Of a stretch of 64,000 nucleotides of DNA, positions 31,897 to 49,531 are shown one piece after another; within the stretch, counting starts at the first letter, position 1; every line of letters starts with the position of its first letter. A model generated the notes under the pieces. It made no database searches. It saw only the letters and a program-made list of their open reading frames with translations, and had not been told where the DNA came from. This DNA comes from Ministeria vibrans ATCC 50519 (lineage: Eukaryota > Protista > Filasterea), in assembly GCA_943704425.1 (NCBI GenBank), contig CALSCP010002097.1, positions 34,908-98,907 of the forward strand, given 5' to 3'. Made by a program: the position numbers and the translations under genes.

Positions 31897-33416
31897 ATGA
31901 GTGCGGGGTTCTTTCGTGTACGTGCAGTCACAGAACGAAATGAAATGAAATGATTCTCAATCTTTCACGATTGTAGGGAACGTCGACGGACCAAGACTCA
32001 CGGTTCAAGGACAAAAAGAAGGCTCTGATGAAGCAGATGAAGTTCCCTGAAGTCTACGACGAAGGGGTAAGCGATCGTCGTCGAAACGCACAAAATGCTC
32101 TCTGTCTCTCTCTCTCTGTCTCTCTCTCTGCTCTCTCTGTCTCTCTGCTCTCCTCACACCTCGTGTAGAAGGTTGACATGCGCCGGATCAAGTTGGACAC
32201 GATGAAGCCGTGGATTACGCGCAAGGTAGGGCTTTGCAGCTCATGCAACGATCGCATCGACACTTTAAACCTCAAACACGCTCTTTTCCGACCGTCTCTG
32301 TGTGTCGCGCAGGTGTACGAGATAGTTCAGGACGAGGTGGTCCCCGAATATGTCTTCAACCAACTTGAGGCACCGGTAATGAGCCAACAGAGAGCGGCGA
32401 CCGATTAAACGCGAATTTGCGTAGTTTCCTAATCCGCGTGAGATGCAAATCAATCTGACGGGATTTCTCGAGAAGAACACCAAGCCGTTTATGGCGGCGT
32501 TGTGGACGATGCTGCTGAGTGCACAAGCGAGCCCCACAGGCATTCCCGCGGAGTTGTTGGAGGAGAAGAAGCAAGAAATTCGAGCGCGCAAGGAGGAGGA
32601 AAACCGCATTTCGGGGGCACTGCAGCAGCGACCGGAGATTGCAGAGGCAGCGCGGAGGGCTCGGGAGAATGCAGAGCGACTGCGGAGTGCACAGAAGACA
32701 GAGAAAGAAGGGGAGGAGAAGAAGGGTGCGGGAGAGGAGGAAGATGAGAGAGCGCACGACCGTCACACGTCTCGTCGGTACGCAATCCAAACGCTCGGTT
32801 CATGTTTGAAACACTCTTTTTGTACGCTTTGTGTAGGAAATCGCATTCACGGTCTCCATCGCCGCGTCGTGGTCGGGATCGTGGTCGGGATCGGGATCGG
32901 GATCGGGATCGGTCAGACTATCGCTCGTCGCGTCGTCGTTCTCCCTCCCATTCGCGTTCCCCTTCGCCCGACCACCGTCACCGCTCGTCGCATCGTCGCC
33001 GCTCACGCTCACGCTCTCCCACCCGGTACAGTAGCAGCAGTAGTCGTCGATCGTACCGGTCATCATCGTACCGTGGCCATCGTGGTGGCGGTAGCGGTCG
33101 CGACTCCTCCTACAACGGTCGTTCGCGTCGCTCTCGCTCCCCGCCTTCTTCCCGTCGGTATCAACGACGCTCCTCTCGCTCACCGTCTCCTCGCTACAAT
33201 GGACGTCGCGGCAGGTCGAGCCCGTCTCCCGCGCGTCGTCGCTCTCCGTCCCAGTCCGTCTCGCCCACTAATAATCTCGACAATTGGCGCGAACGCACAC
33301 CCGAATCGACAGCTAAGGAAGCCCTCGCCGCCAGTGACGAAAGCGAAGATGTCGTACTCAAATTGCGTGAGAGAGCTTTGCGCGAAAAGCTCCTGAGTGC
33401 ACGGAAGGAGAAATAA
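31897..33416 (+). CDS. SRRM1: SRm160 PWI-domain splicing coactivator
   Basis: AGFFRGTSTDQDSRF, MKPWITRK, MQINLTGFL..N...FM..LW..LLSAQ.SP.GIP; RS-rich tail. Confidence 0.93.
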
Positions 33417-33480
33417 AAACGAGAATACGAAAGTTTTGATTGTGTACATTTTTTTTTGAAAAAAGTTACAGTGTCGAAAA

Positions 33481-33803
33481 TCAGAGATTATTCGATGGCG
33501 GTTCGGGTTCTTCTGCCTCTGGGCCCTCAATGACATTCTTCCACCCCTTATTGGCGGCTGTCACCTGCCGGTAGTTCTCAGAGAGCACAGGAATATCCTA
33601 AAAATGCAAACGTGTCAAAAAAATGAGAACTTCAATCGTTTGTTATGGGCAATTTGATAAGTACGCACCTGAACCATCGCATTGACCATCATCTTGACGC
33701 CCTCAAGGGCAGCTCGCAGCCTCCGCAAGTGTTGTAGTTCTTCCTCCTGCAGTAGAAATGAGATGTGAAAAATGTTGAGTGTGTTTGGGACCTGAGATGA
33801 CAT
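33481..33803 (-). CDS. 68-aa Dad2/Duo1-like DASH (Dam1 complex) subunit; exons 33803-33792, 33746-33669, 33597-33481
   Basis: Spliced product MSSQEEELQHLRRLRAALEGVKMMVNAMVQDIPVLSENYRQVTAANKGWKNVIEG...; both introns are phase 0; helical pattern E..L..LR-x33-W resembles recalled Dad2. Confidence 0.55.
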
Positions 33804-33887
33804 TTGGGAGAGATAAAAGCCAAGAAGACCAAAGAGCACGCCAGGAAGATACCAGCAAGCAAGAGGAGGGAGATGCAGAAATGAATA

Positions 33888-33937
<50 letters not shown>

Positions 33938-34164
33938 TTCATTTTTATTATTGATTTGAGAGTTTACTCAATGTCAAACAAGACATTAGACAAAACAAAG
34001 AAAAGCACAATACTTCCGCCGTAGGCTTCCAGACAAAGAATGTTCCGAAAGAAGCTCATAGACCCATGGATACACCCATGAGAGGAATGTACGGAGGAAC
34101 AGTTATTATTTTGATTTTTGGAAGAGTCTCAACAAGTCAGAAATCAATATTTCATTCGTATTTC

Positions 34165-39014
<4,850 letters not shown>

Positions 39015-39354
39015 TTCGGAAGAGACGCGAAGGAGAAGCGACAGTCCTCAGGAGCCAGCGAATGAAAAGAATAAGTTTGATTTGTCAGTCGAATTCATTA
39101 TTCAACCGACTAAACCTCGTCTGCCTCTTCGCTGTCCATGTCTGGCTTGCTCTAGGGTGCTCTATTCTATCATCTATAGACTTCCTTATGGCGTTTGAAT
39201 GTCGACAAGTGAGACTTGAGAGTTGACCCACCCTGTGAGCGGATGAGCTTTTCTTCCGTCCTTGCGCGCACCGCACAGTGCACACGCGGACAAAATTAGA
39301 ACGAGCTGGGGTGCGCTGTGAGGGTCGCAGAGTTAAAAGGTTAAAGTTATTGTT

Positions 39355-40772
39355 CTACATTTTCTCGTAAGTCAGCGAATGACCACATTCGGTACATGTC
39401 TTGGTGTAAGTATCGTCAGCCTCGTTGCACACCTCCTCGTCGTACACATGCTCATGTACCCCTTTCCCTTTCCCGCTACCCACACTGCTCAGTCGCGACC
39501 CATTGACGCGCTTCCGTAACTTGGCAATATTGCTCTGCAGTCGCTTCTCGTGCACTCCCGCGCGTCGTTGCTTCCGTCGCTCAATCTCCTCTTCAAGTCC
39601 ATCTTCCCCCCCAAACCGCTCAAAAGACCGTCGCTCAACCTACCAAATATACACACAAATAAAATATCAAATCACACAATACTTTAGTATTATTATTATT
39701 CATTCACGTTCAACTCACCTGACAGACCAAATACAGCTTCATATTGTTCCACGTCGCATGATGCGGGTTCTTCTTTAGCACAAAGGGCAACGGCGGACGC
39801 TCAACATTGCGTTGTGCCTCCCGTCGCTTTGCCTCCGCCAACACCTCTCGCTCCTCCTTTTCACTCATTCCCTTCTTCTTCACCTGCTGCTTCTTCTTCT
39901 TCTTCTTCTTCTTCTTGTCGTCTACCTCCTCTTCTTTTTCTTCCTGTTCTTCCTCTTGCTCTTTTTTCTCCTTCTCACTCTGTTCCAGTGCCTTCACCGC
40001 CTCCGCATCGCGCTTTGCCTCCTCCGCCTCCCTTGCGCGCTCCCGTCGTCGCTCGTCCTCTTCAAACTTCAACTTATCCTCCATGGTCTCAAGTGGCACC
40101 TCTATGTCCCCAGTTGATGCTCCCTGATTGGTGAGCGACCGGTCGCGTCCGCCCAGATCCGCATCCGTCAATAGATACTCCTTTTGTGCGTCTCCTTTGG
40201 TGATCAGCGAGTATCGCTCTTCCGTATCCTTGCGCTTGCAGGGATTGCACACACTCACGCCAAAGTAGCGTGCCAGATACGACTCAACAAAGGCCGTGAG
40301 GCAGTCTTCGCACCTGAGCATGTCGCCCGTCACAATGCCCGTTTGCTCTACCCCCCACAGTCAACAACGACATAGAAACGATTCTCACAAAATCCACTTA
40401 CTCTCCAGCTCTTCGCGTTGAGCGCGCGCCTTCTCAATGCGGGCGTGCCGTGCGGCCTCCGCAGCATCCTCGCCGTCTTCCTCGGCCAGGAAGTAGCCAG
40501 CGTGCGAGTCACGCTCAAACAGAGACATTCGAGTGCGTTTGCGCCGTTCCTTCGACCGCTCCTGCGCATCAGGCTCGCTCGACATGGACCCAGCCTTCCG
40601 CTTGACCGCCTGGCAGAGGGAGGGGATGGTTGTGTGAGTGTGTGCTTGAGTGGCTGTGCTCGCTTTGTCCCACTTGGTTGCGCAGTGTCTTCGCCTTCTC
40701 ACGGTTCACGCGTATTCTCTCCTGCTGCTCCACCGTCAGCCCATTGCTAGGCCCTGCTTCATTGTCGGACAT
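39355..40772 (-). CDS. XPA: DNA repair protein XPA
   Basis: [11 protein letters not shown]4 zinc finger [43 protein letters not shown]...KTCTECG..YEKM. Confidence 0.93.
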
Positions 40773-40984
40773 GCCAACGTCCAATAAAAGTGAGTGAAAA
40801 GTGAAGGTGAACTGGTCTGTCTCACTGGTGAACTGATGAGTGACTGAATCTCAGAGTGTGATCTTGTCATTCCTTTATTCCCTTCATTTATTCGTTTCAA
40901 ATTTATTTAAAGGTGGTCCTCCCACCTCTCCTTCTTGCTCCCCTTCCTTCCGCTCCTTTCACGCGCCCTCCTCGCACCCGTTCC

Positions 40985-41662
40985 ATGCCCCGATCGTCCG
41001 CATCGCCGTCTCCTTCGCCGCGACGACGATCGGCCTCGCCGAGTCGCAAGTCTCCTTCCCGTAGCAAGTCTCCAAGTCGTGCCACCAAGTCCGAGTCGCC
41101 CGCAGTGAAAGGTACGTCACAAAAACCCCAAAACTGTAACGTTTCGTTTTTCTTTTCTTTTTTTTATCTTCTTTTTGTCAACTTCTAACCTTTCTGACCC
41201 TTTTTTTGTGGATTTCATGCAGTACCCAATGCGACAACGTCGATTGTTCGTCGACAACGCAAGCGGCACGATTCCAACAGCAGTGGTAAGTGCGCTGGAC
41301 CGAAAAATAAGGAAACATTTGTATCACATCTCATCCCAATGTTTCGCATTATCATTATGTGACGCACAGCGGTTGTGTACAGCGACGATCCGGACGTGAC
41401 CGGAGTCGAGGGGTTCTCCCAGGGAGAGACGGAGGCGCGCGACGCCGGTGCTGCCGTGTACGTCAACTCGAACTTCTTCGACGACGGCACTGTCTCCTTC
41501 TTCTGGCGCCCCCACACACGTACCCGTGTCATTTGTGTGTCACCACTCAATCATACTGACTTTCCCCTCCTCCTTCTCTCTCTATCACCTTGTCTCTCTC
41601 TCTCTCTCTCTATCACCTTGTCTCTCTCTCTCTCTCTCTCTATCACTTTGTTTCTTTCTCCC

Positions 41663-41739
<77 letters not shown>

Positions 41740-43840
41740 CTCTTTCCGTTCCAGTGACCATGCTGGCGATCATCGTGGGCGGCATCATCTACGCGGCCTT
41801 CTACCTGGGTGACTCGCCCGATCCCGCTGCACACGTCAAGCGCGGCCTCACCGCCGCACTCATCGTCTATCTCATCACCATGACTACCCATCTCAAGGAC
41901 GGTCCTTTTTACAGACCTCATCCGGCCGTGTGGCGTCTTGTGTTGGCCCTCTCCATCATCTATCTTCTTTTTATGGTCTTTTTGCTGTTTCAATCCTTTG
42001 TACGACTCGCAAATCAAAAGTGTGTGCGCACTTGTAACACTGTGTGTCGTGACTCCAACAGGACAATGTGCGTAAAATCCTCACAGCAATTGATCCAAGC
42101 CTGCATTCAAAGCCCGTTGAGAACAACTACTGCGTCGACTGTTCCTTCCTCAACGACAACTACACATGGTTTTCATCCGCCTTTCTCGAAAAGGTAAAGG
42201 GATAATACTCTTATTTCATTAAATTTATTATCATTTTTGGGGTTGGTTGGTGTGTATGTATCTATGGTGCGAGTGTTGGGTTTGAATCTCTCTCACTGAT
42301 TCCCTATGATACTATCAATATCACATGTATTCTGCAGCACCACATCATATTTTTTACTCAATTTTTCACCCTCTCCTTAGATCGACATCTTTGTGTTTGC
42401 ACACGCAATGGGCTGGTGGGCCAAGGCCCTTATCATCCGTGACCGCTATGTCCTCCTGACAATGTCTGTTGCCTTTGAGTTTCTTGAGCTGACCTTCACT
42501 TATCATCTTCCCAACTTTGCAGAGTGTTGGTGGGATCACGTAAGTGGAATGTATATAGTTTGTGCGCCAATAGATTTTCTATAGTGGATTTTGGATTTGA
42601 TCATTTGCAATTGGGGCGGTCTCGAGCTGGGAATGGCGACTGCGCGGTGGCTCGAAATGAAGGTCAGACACACACAAACACATGTGTGACATATTTTAAA
42701 ATTGAATTAGGAATACTGTTGGAGGGGACTCTGGAGCATTTCGACGTAAGACAGCAAACAACACAAGTGCAAAAGGAGAGAGAAAGAAAGAAAGAGAGAG
42801 AGAGAAAGAAATAAAGAGAGAAGTGTTGGAGAGAGAAAGGAGGGAGAAAAAAACAAAGTGATAGAGAGAAGTGATAGGGAGAGAGAAACAAATAGAAGAG
42901 GAGAACCAAATAGAAAGAGGAGAAACAAATAGGAAGAGATGAAGCAAATAGAAAAAGGAGAAGGAAACAAGAGAGGTGTAACGGTGGTTTTTATAGGTAC
43001 AAAGGCAAGTTGCGTCGTGCTGCGGCCCAGTTCACTCCGTACAAGTGGGATGCATTTCATTTTGACGCTAGTTCCAGTCTGAAACGTTTTATTTCTGTAT
43101 GCACTTTCAAACAGGCGGAGACATTAGGACATGCATATAACTGACTCTGATTTGTTGTTGGCTTAGGTTACTTTGGTTGTTTTCGTGTTCCTGTTGAACG
43201 AATGGAATGCGTTCTACCTCAAAGCAGTGCTGTGGCTTCCTCATGTACCTTTCCCCAACTCATTTGTACTATAACGCTTATTTGCATCGTTTTAGGACCA
43301 TTGGTTTAACATTATTCGATTGTACTTTTGGGGTGCAGTGGGCGCAGTGGCAATGCGCGAAGCTTATGACTTTTGGGCTATCGAGTATCAATATTTCACC
43401 AGAAACCATATAGTCTCACTCATGTATATATTTTGTTCTCTTCTCTCTCTCTTCTCTCTCTCTTCTCTCTCTTTGTCCATCTGTCTCTTTGTCCATCTGT
43501 CTCTTTGTCTCTCTGTCTTTCTCTGTCTTTCTCTGTCTTTCTCTGTCTCTCTCTCTCTGTCTCTCTCCCTCTCTCTATCTCTTTTTTCTCTCTCTCTGTT
43601 TCCTTTAGGCGCCAGAAGACACTGGGACAACAGGCGTGGCTTGCGCTTGCTATGATTGTCGTTGAGTTTCTTGTGGTGATCAAGTTTGGCGGCGAGCTGT
43701 GGGAGCGCACTATGCCTACTCAGTGGAAGGTCTTTTGGGCTCTCTTTGCCACCTTTTACGTCAGTTGGACCATTTGGTGGTTTGGTCTGAAGAAAATGCG
43801 CGAGAAGCAGAAGAGGGAACAGAAGAAGAGCGTCGAGTGA
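40985..43840 (+). CDS. PTDSS2: Base-exchange phosphatidylserine synthase (PTDSS2-like)
   Basis: DDGTVSFFWRPHT, KDGPFYRPHPAVWR, AHAMGWWAKALIIRD, SVAFEFLELTF..LPNFAECWWDH. Confidence 0.9.
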
Positions 43841-43916
43841 TGATGAAAACAAATCGATTTGGCCCTTTTTAATATTCTTTTTTCTCTCTTTTCTCTCTTT
43901 GCTTCTTTCTTTTTTG

Positions 43917-46174
43917 TCATTCGTTCCCCGCTGCGGTGTCCCAATCGTCGGAACTGGGAGATGCAATCGGTTTGGAAGACGGCAAAGGGACTGGCGGAGG
44001 AGAAGGAGAGAGGGAAAGGGACGAGTCAAGGGAAGGCGAGGGATGAAGAGGGTGTGTCTGGAGGCGCGTTTGTGAGGGCCTATTTGGTGGCGGCGATGGA
44101 GATGGAGAAAGCGAAAGAGATGAATTAGGTGAGGAAGGGAGGCGGTGTTGCTGCGAAGCTGGTGTAGGAGACGGGCGTGGTGGCAACGAGGTGTTCGAAG
44201 CCATTCCTGTCACAGGTGGTGGTGAGGGAGAGAGTGAGAGGGAGTTGGCGAGGGAGAGCGAAACAACTGTTGCTTTTGGCTCGGTCGTTTTTTTGTCGTC
44301 ATTCTCATTGGAGTACGGAGATTCTGGCACTGCTTCGTGGTCTTGAGCTCTTGTTGACTCATCTACCATCTCTTCAGTCTGTGTCGTTGCGTTCACCATG
44401 ACCACCATCGCGGTTTGTGTCGAACTGCTCGACATGCTAGTGACTGGCATGACTACCAGCGATGTCGAGGGATGCGGTGTTGCACACAGCCACTAAGTAA
44501 AATTTGAGGAATTAAAAAGAATCTCATGCGCGCGGGCGCCTCACCTCATGTTGTTTGTTGGCTTTGTCTTTGTGCACCGCGACATCTTTCTCATGGAGAC
44601 TCTCTTTGCCTTGTTCATTTTCTTCCTCATCGTCTTCTTCGTCGTCGTCGCTGGGCAGCGCAGCAAACAATCCTTTCCAGCGGTCTTCTTCGCGCTTTGC
44701 ATCTTCATCCGAAACCGGCACCACACTCACAGGCACTCGGTTGATCTTGTCTGCGTCTCGTGGCTTCACTGCGCCAGCTTTGTGTCGCTCATGGTCTGCC
44801 ATCGGGAACAGGTGTCCGCCCACATCATGATCGTCCTCGTCGTCGTCACTCTTCGCACTAGCGTCGTCTTCTGCAATTGTTGCCGGGATGACTCGATGCG
44901 ACTGTTGCAGTAGATGGGGCAGAAGCGGTGGTGGCAGGGGTATTGTCGGCGGCGAGTCCATTTCATGAAACGCATTGTGAGTGCGTGAAGTTGCGGCGAC
45001 GGAACGCGGCGTTGCCTTGTGTTTCTTTAAGGGAGGTTCATCAAGATCGTTCACATGATGATTGCGCGTGTGATCACTGGAAGGCTCTTTTGACGCTGGT
45101 GGCGAGTTGCTGGGCACAAGGCGTTGATGGCGTGTGATGTAGCCCTGAAATAACAATAATAAGTGAAATAGATTATTATAAATAATAATAATTATTATTA
45201 TTTTTTATAGTTGACGCAAACAACAAAACATCACTCTAGCGATAAGACGCTAGGGGTATTAAACTTTCTTGACTACTGACAATGCAAAAACAGTAAGTAA
45301 AAAAAAACAAGAAAACATGAATGCCAGAAAAAAAACAAGGAAAGCAATACTTACTTTGATTCGACTGTCAAATGGAGACTCGTTAAACTGTACGAAAGTG
45401 ACGAGGTGTTTTTTTGTTTTGTTGTTTTAGCTCAAAAAACAAAATAAAACCACGAATCGTACCAGTAGAGTTGAAGGACGGTCGGGAGGAGACATGGGCA
45501 AAGCAAGAGACACCGGCGCTGTGGTGGGCGTGCGTTCGACAATGTGAACGCGATGCGGAGGACGAATTTGCGACGATGACGGTTGAGGCTCACTGGAGTG
45601 GGGCTGGTGCGATGCCGGGTGTGCTGCGTACGACGTGGGGCGCTGGCCGTACGGATCAAGGGACGAGGGCGGCACCACTTGCGATGAGGTCTGTCGTGAC
45701 GACCATCGCGAATCGACTGCCGTTTCGCGCCGCTCTTTTCCTCCTCCTCCTCCTCGCTTACGACCCACACTAACACCTTCCTCGGTGTATTCTTGACCAG
45801 CACGCAAGTGATCGCCAGCGTGCACCGTCAACTGCAGCGATTGTATGTCTACTTTTACAATGCGAGAAGGATGTGAGAATTGTTGCGGGAAAAACGTACA
45901 CACACAGAAAAAACTGTTTCGTCTTCTGCTCGCGTACCCTGACTGACTGTTGTCTGCTTCTTCACCGGAGACCGTTCCCATGAACGCTCCACTCTGGATG
46001 GTTCAATGGTTTGACGGTTCTTCTGCTTCTCAAAGAACGCCTGGGGAACAGTTTTTTTTTGAATTGACTTGAAACTGTTTTCTCTCTCTCGTTCTTCTTA
46101 TTGAATACCTGTTGCCGTTTGAGTTCTTGTTTCCAGCCTAAGCGTCCCCGCGAACCACTTCCAGTCCAATTCAT
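43917..46174 (-). CDS. REDIC1/C12orf40-like protein with a long disordered C-terminus, 5 exons
   Basis: Spliced N-terminus MNWTGSGSRGRLGWKQELKRQQ|AFFEKQK...TVSQ|DIQSLQL parallels recalled REDIC1 MNWVGGSRSR..KQERRKQKEYFEK...TVSLDILNL; downstream exons join in frame. Confidence 0.65.
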
Positions 46175-46366
46175 TTCAGCAAGAACAAAAAAAAGTAAAG
46201 TGAGAAGTTTAGTTGAATAAGGAAAATAAATAGAGAATCGAGAACTGTACTCAATGTCAAAACAAAACCATAAATATATGAAACAAAGAGCAGCACAATA
46301 CTGTGTAGTTGAATAATTATATTTGAAACTAAATAATATTATCAGACAACGACCAATTATGCGGTT

Positions 46367-46419
46367 TGGCTGTGTCTTTGCGTGGTGACTGTATCATTGA
46401 TAAATGGGTTGTATTCTTC
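46367..46419. repeat. 53-bp dispersed direct repeat, copy 1 (copy 2 at 49394-49446)
   Basis: TGGCTGTGTCTTTGCGTGGTGACTGTATCATT(G/A)ATAAATGGGTTGTATTCTTC, 1 mismatch between copies. Confidence 0.9.
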
Positions 46420-46731
46420 ACCTATTAGATATCCTCAAGAATTGCTTGCGACTGAAGCAACCGCAAAGACGGAGAACAAGAAGTACTTCCGTCGTAGGAC
46501 GCGACTTTCCATGATGGTGGGTGAGCAAGCGGAAGACGCGTTGACGGGAGTGGAAGTNNNNGGAGTGTGTGTATGAAGTGTGTGTATGAAGTGTGTGTAT
46601 GAAGTGTGTGTATGAAGTCAGACAAGGCCGTATGTTCCTTCCTTCAATCTTGTTTGAATGAAAATGATATGAATGGTACAAGAACACAATAATTAAAGTC
46701 TCTCTCTCTCTGAGACACTCCGCCTTTTCTC

Positions 46732-47001
46732 TCACGCCTGCTCCTCGCCACAGTTGACACGCATTGCGGGCATCAAAGTCGCATTTGTCAATGGTACATC
46801 ATTTCCAACAAAACTCGCAGTGGTAAATGTTCCAACCTATACAATAATAAGTGAGTGTGTGATAGAGAGATGGAACAGAATAAAATCGTACAGGTGCACT
46901 TGTCGCAATCAGACCCAAGGCCTGATAGCCACGCGCAACAATCTCACCCGAGAAGAAACATGCAACATCCTACAAATGAGACACACCATCAGACTCATCA
47001 C

Positions 47002-47040
<39 letters not shown>

Positions 47041-49122
47041 CACTGGTACCATTCGATGGAGTTGCTCCTTTTTGTACATATTGCCCATACTAGCACGCCG
47101 AACAAGACCGGCGACAGAGCCACGAGAGCGCGGTAAGGACTCGCGAATGTTGGTGACAGTGGTATTGCTGCGTCGCTCGGCAATGCTCTGGCGCAGGGCC
47201 GTCACGGTGGCCGCCCATGTCTCGCGTGTCGCATCGCTAATGGCACTAGAGTTCACTTTTAACCGTCGCACCCACACTTCAGAGCCAACCACATGCGCCA
47301 GGCGTGACAGACGCCCCTCCGCCCCAACAATGCGTGCTCCCACATGCACCGGCGACGTGTCGTTCTCAGCGTGCATTTGTGCCTGAGTGAAACATTTATT
47401 TAGTCTTGAGGCATAGTCATATTATACAACAGTCGTACTTCAAAAAGCAAAATGAGAGGCTCAAAGGGCGACGGTGGGCGCACGACCATCGCAACACTGC
47501 CATACTCACAGTTGTGCAATCGCTGGAACCCTTGCATGTACGAACTGGCGCCCCGAATCAGAATCAGATCGCCCGTTTGCAGATCCGCAGCGAGTGTGCG
47601 CCATGCAATACCCAAATCCTCCTAACGACACACATACCCATAAGACACTCATCTCATCAGACAACCACGGTACCTCTTCACCAATGCTGTTGAGGATGAC
47701 GGGCTGTCGCATGGACTGCTGCTGCTGCTGCTGTCGTCGTTGGCCCACCGGTAGTCGGTCTTTTGGTGTCACTTTGATGCGGAACTCTGTGCCAAGTGCA
47801 CTGTTTTTCAATACCGCTCGTCCCTACAACAAAGCGTAAGCCAATCTCTCTTCCTCCTCCTTGTTGAAACGAGTCTTAAGACGTTACCTTGTCGGCAAAA
47901 TCTTTGGGAAGGAACATGTAAGTTCCTTTGCGTCTTTTCATACTGAGCAGCCCAATGCTGCTCAGCAGACTAGCCGTCATTTCACTTGACACCAGTGCCC
48001 CCAAGTTGCCCATCTCTTCTACATACATTTTCTACAAAATAAAAGAAAGGCAGAGAATGAGCGTGAGCGATGGATCGCGACGGAGAATCAAAGTTGTATC
48101 GTCTCTCGTCATACCACAATTCCCGACGAGACTTCTGGAGAGTACACAGTGCCATTGAGGTCCATGATGGCCTGTAGCAGTGGTGCGGATAAGTCGGTGG
48201 GAGGCTGGCATTCAAGGTTGCGCACGGAAATGAGATCGTGTGCGCCTGAGAAGACCTTCTCATTCAGGTTGGTCAGCTTGATGATGCGACGAAGACCCGT
48301 CTCGGCCAGTCGCTTGCGTGTCACAAGCGACGTGTTCGCCTCAACTAGCATCACGAGATCGAGCACATCAAGGCGCAAGACAAGGCCGCAGCGGGTCCAC
48401 TGGGCGTTCGCACTGGGTCGATACTGCAACGAAGTCACAAAGGGTGAGTCGAGTTCATATCGAACAGGACGGTCGGCGCAAAGACATGCAATGCTCTCCC
48501 CGTGGGATACACAGAGGCGATATGGGTTGCACTGTTCCCGCAGACAGGACGGACCCGCGAGGATCCAATTGGACGTGGGAGGCGGGAAAGTCAAATTTGG
48601 GACAAGTGCGTTGAGGAACCAAATCGGGAGGAGACTGCGTCGTGCAGCCCAGTCTCAGTGGAGAAACACGTACGTTCCGTACACATCGACAGCGGACGAA
48701 GGGTAAGTCGATTTACGCAATGAAATCAGTCGCAAAAAAAAAAAAAAAAAAAAAAAAAAAAGATAAATTGCGAAGGAAGGAAAGAAAATAGTACAACGGA
48801 AGAGCACCATGGGAGGATCATGCATGCGTGCGAGAGTGGGAGAGGCGTGCGGAGAGGGTGGGTTTGAGCAACGAAGCTCTGCTGCGCTGAGTGTCCTATT
48901 GCGATATTTTGAGGTTTGGAGTGTTCTGCACAGAGGCACGCCGGAGTAGGGTGATTGGTACACACACAGAGGGTGGGTCTGCACATCGAACGAGAGTTCG
49001 AGGGGCCTTCTTACGGCAAGATCGGTTTTTTCCGTAAATAGAACAACGTCGCCTGACCGCAACGCCGAGCGAACCTCCGGATAGGCGACGGGAATGGCAG
49101 CCTTAGAGCTAGAGCAACCCAT
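46732..49122 (-). CDS. Lipid-anchored protein with two degenerate permuted papain-like (YaeF/YiiX, NlpC/P60) domains
   Basis: N-terminal MGCSSS; twice the pattern L.(S/T)GD(V/L)(V/I)L ... (WTRCG / YGSVA) ... E ... (VSSEMTA / FSGEIVA)..(L)GL(L/I). Confidence 0.6.
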
Positions 49123-49393
49123 GGCGGAGCAGAGAAGGAATGAAACAAATTTGTTATTAGATTTGTCTTAATAACTCTCGATTGAGCTATTTGAGTAGCA
49201 ACCGAGTAAAAATTTGAAATTTAACAGAGTTCGGTAATATAAGGTAGGCGGTTCAAACGGAGTTCAAACTTGACGAGACTAGGACTACGCTGGCAGCACG
49301 GCAGCACCGAGTCTGTGAATGCTGGCCCTCAGGCCCTGATTGGTGCCTTCACTAACCTCCGAAGAGTTCCAAAATAATCATAATAATTTATTG

Positions 49394-49446
49394 TGGCTGT
49401 GTCTTTGCGTGGTGACTGTATCATTAATAAATGGGTTGTATTCTTC
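49394..49446. repeat. 53-bp dispersed direct repeat, copy 2
   Basis: Near-identical to 46367-46419. Confidence 0.9.
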
Positions 49447-49531
49447 TTCTTCTTCTTATTATTATTACTAAAAGGGTTGTATTCTTCTTCTTCTTATTAT
49501 TACTGTAAAATATATATTATATAAACACTAT

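Noticed and set aside
46420-46557. Coding-like segment beside the N gap
   Set aside because: All three minus frames are open over this short stretch and none is recognisable, so no product can be assigned
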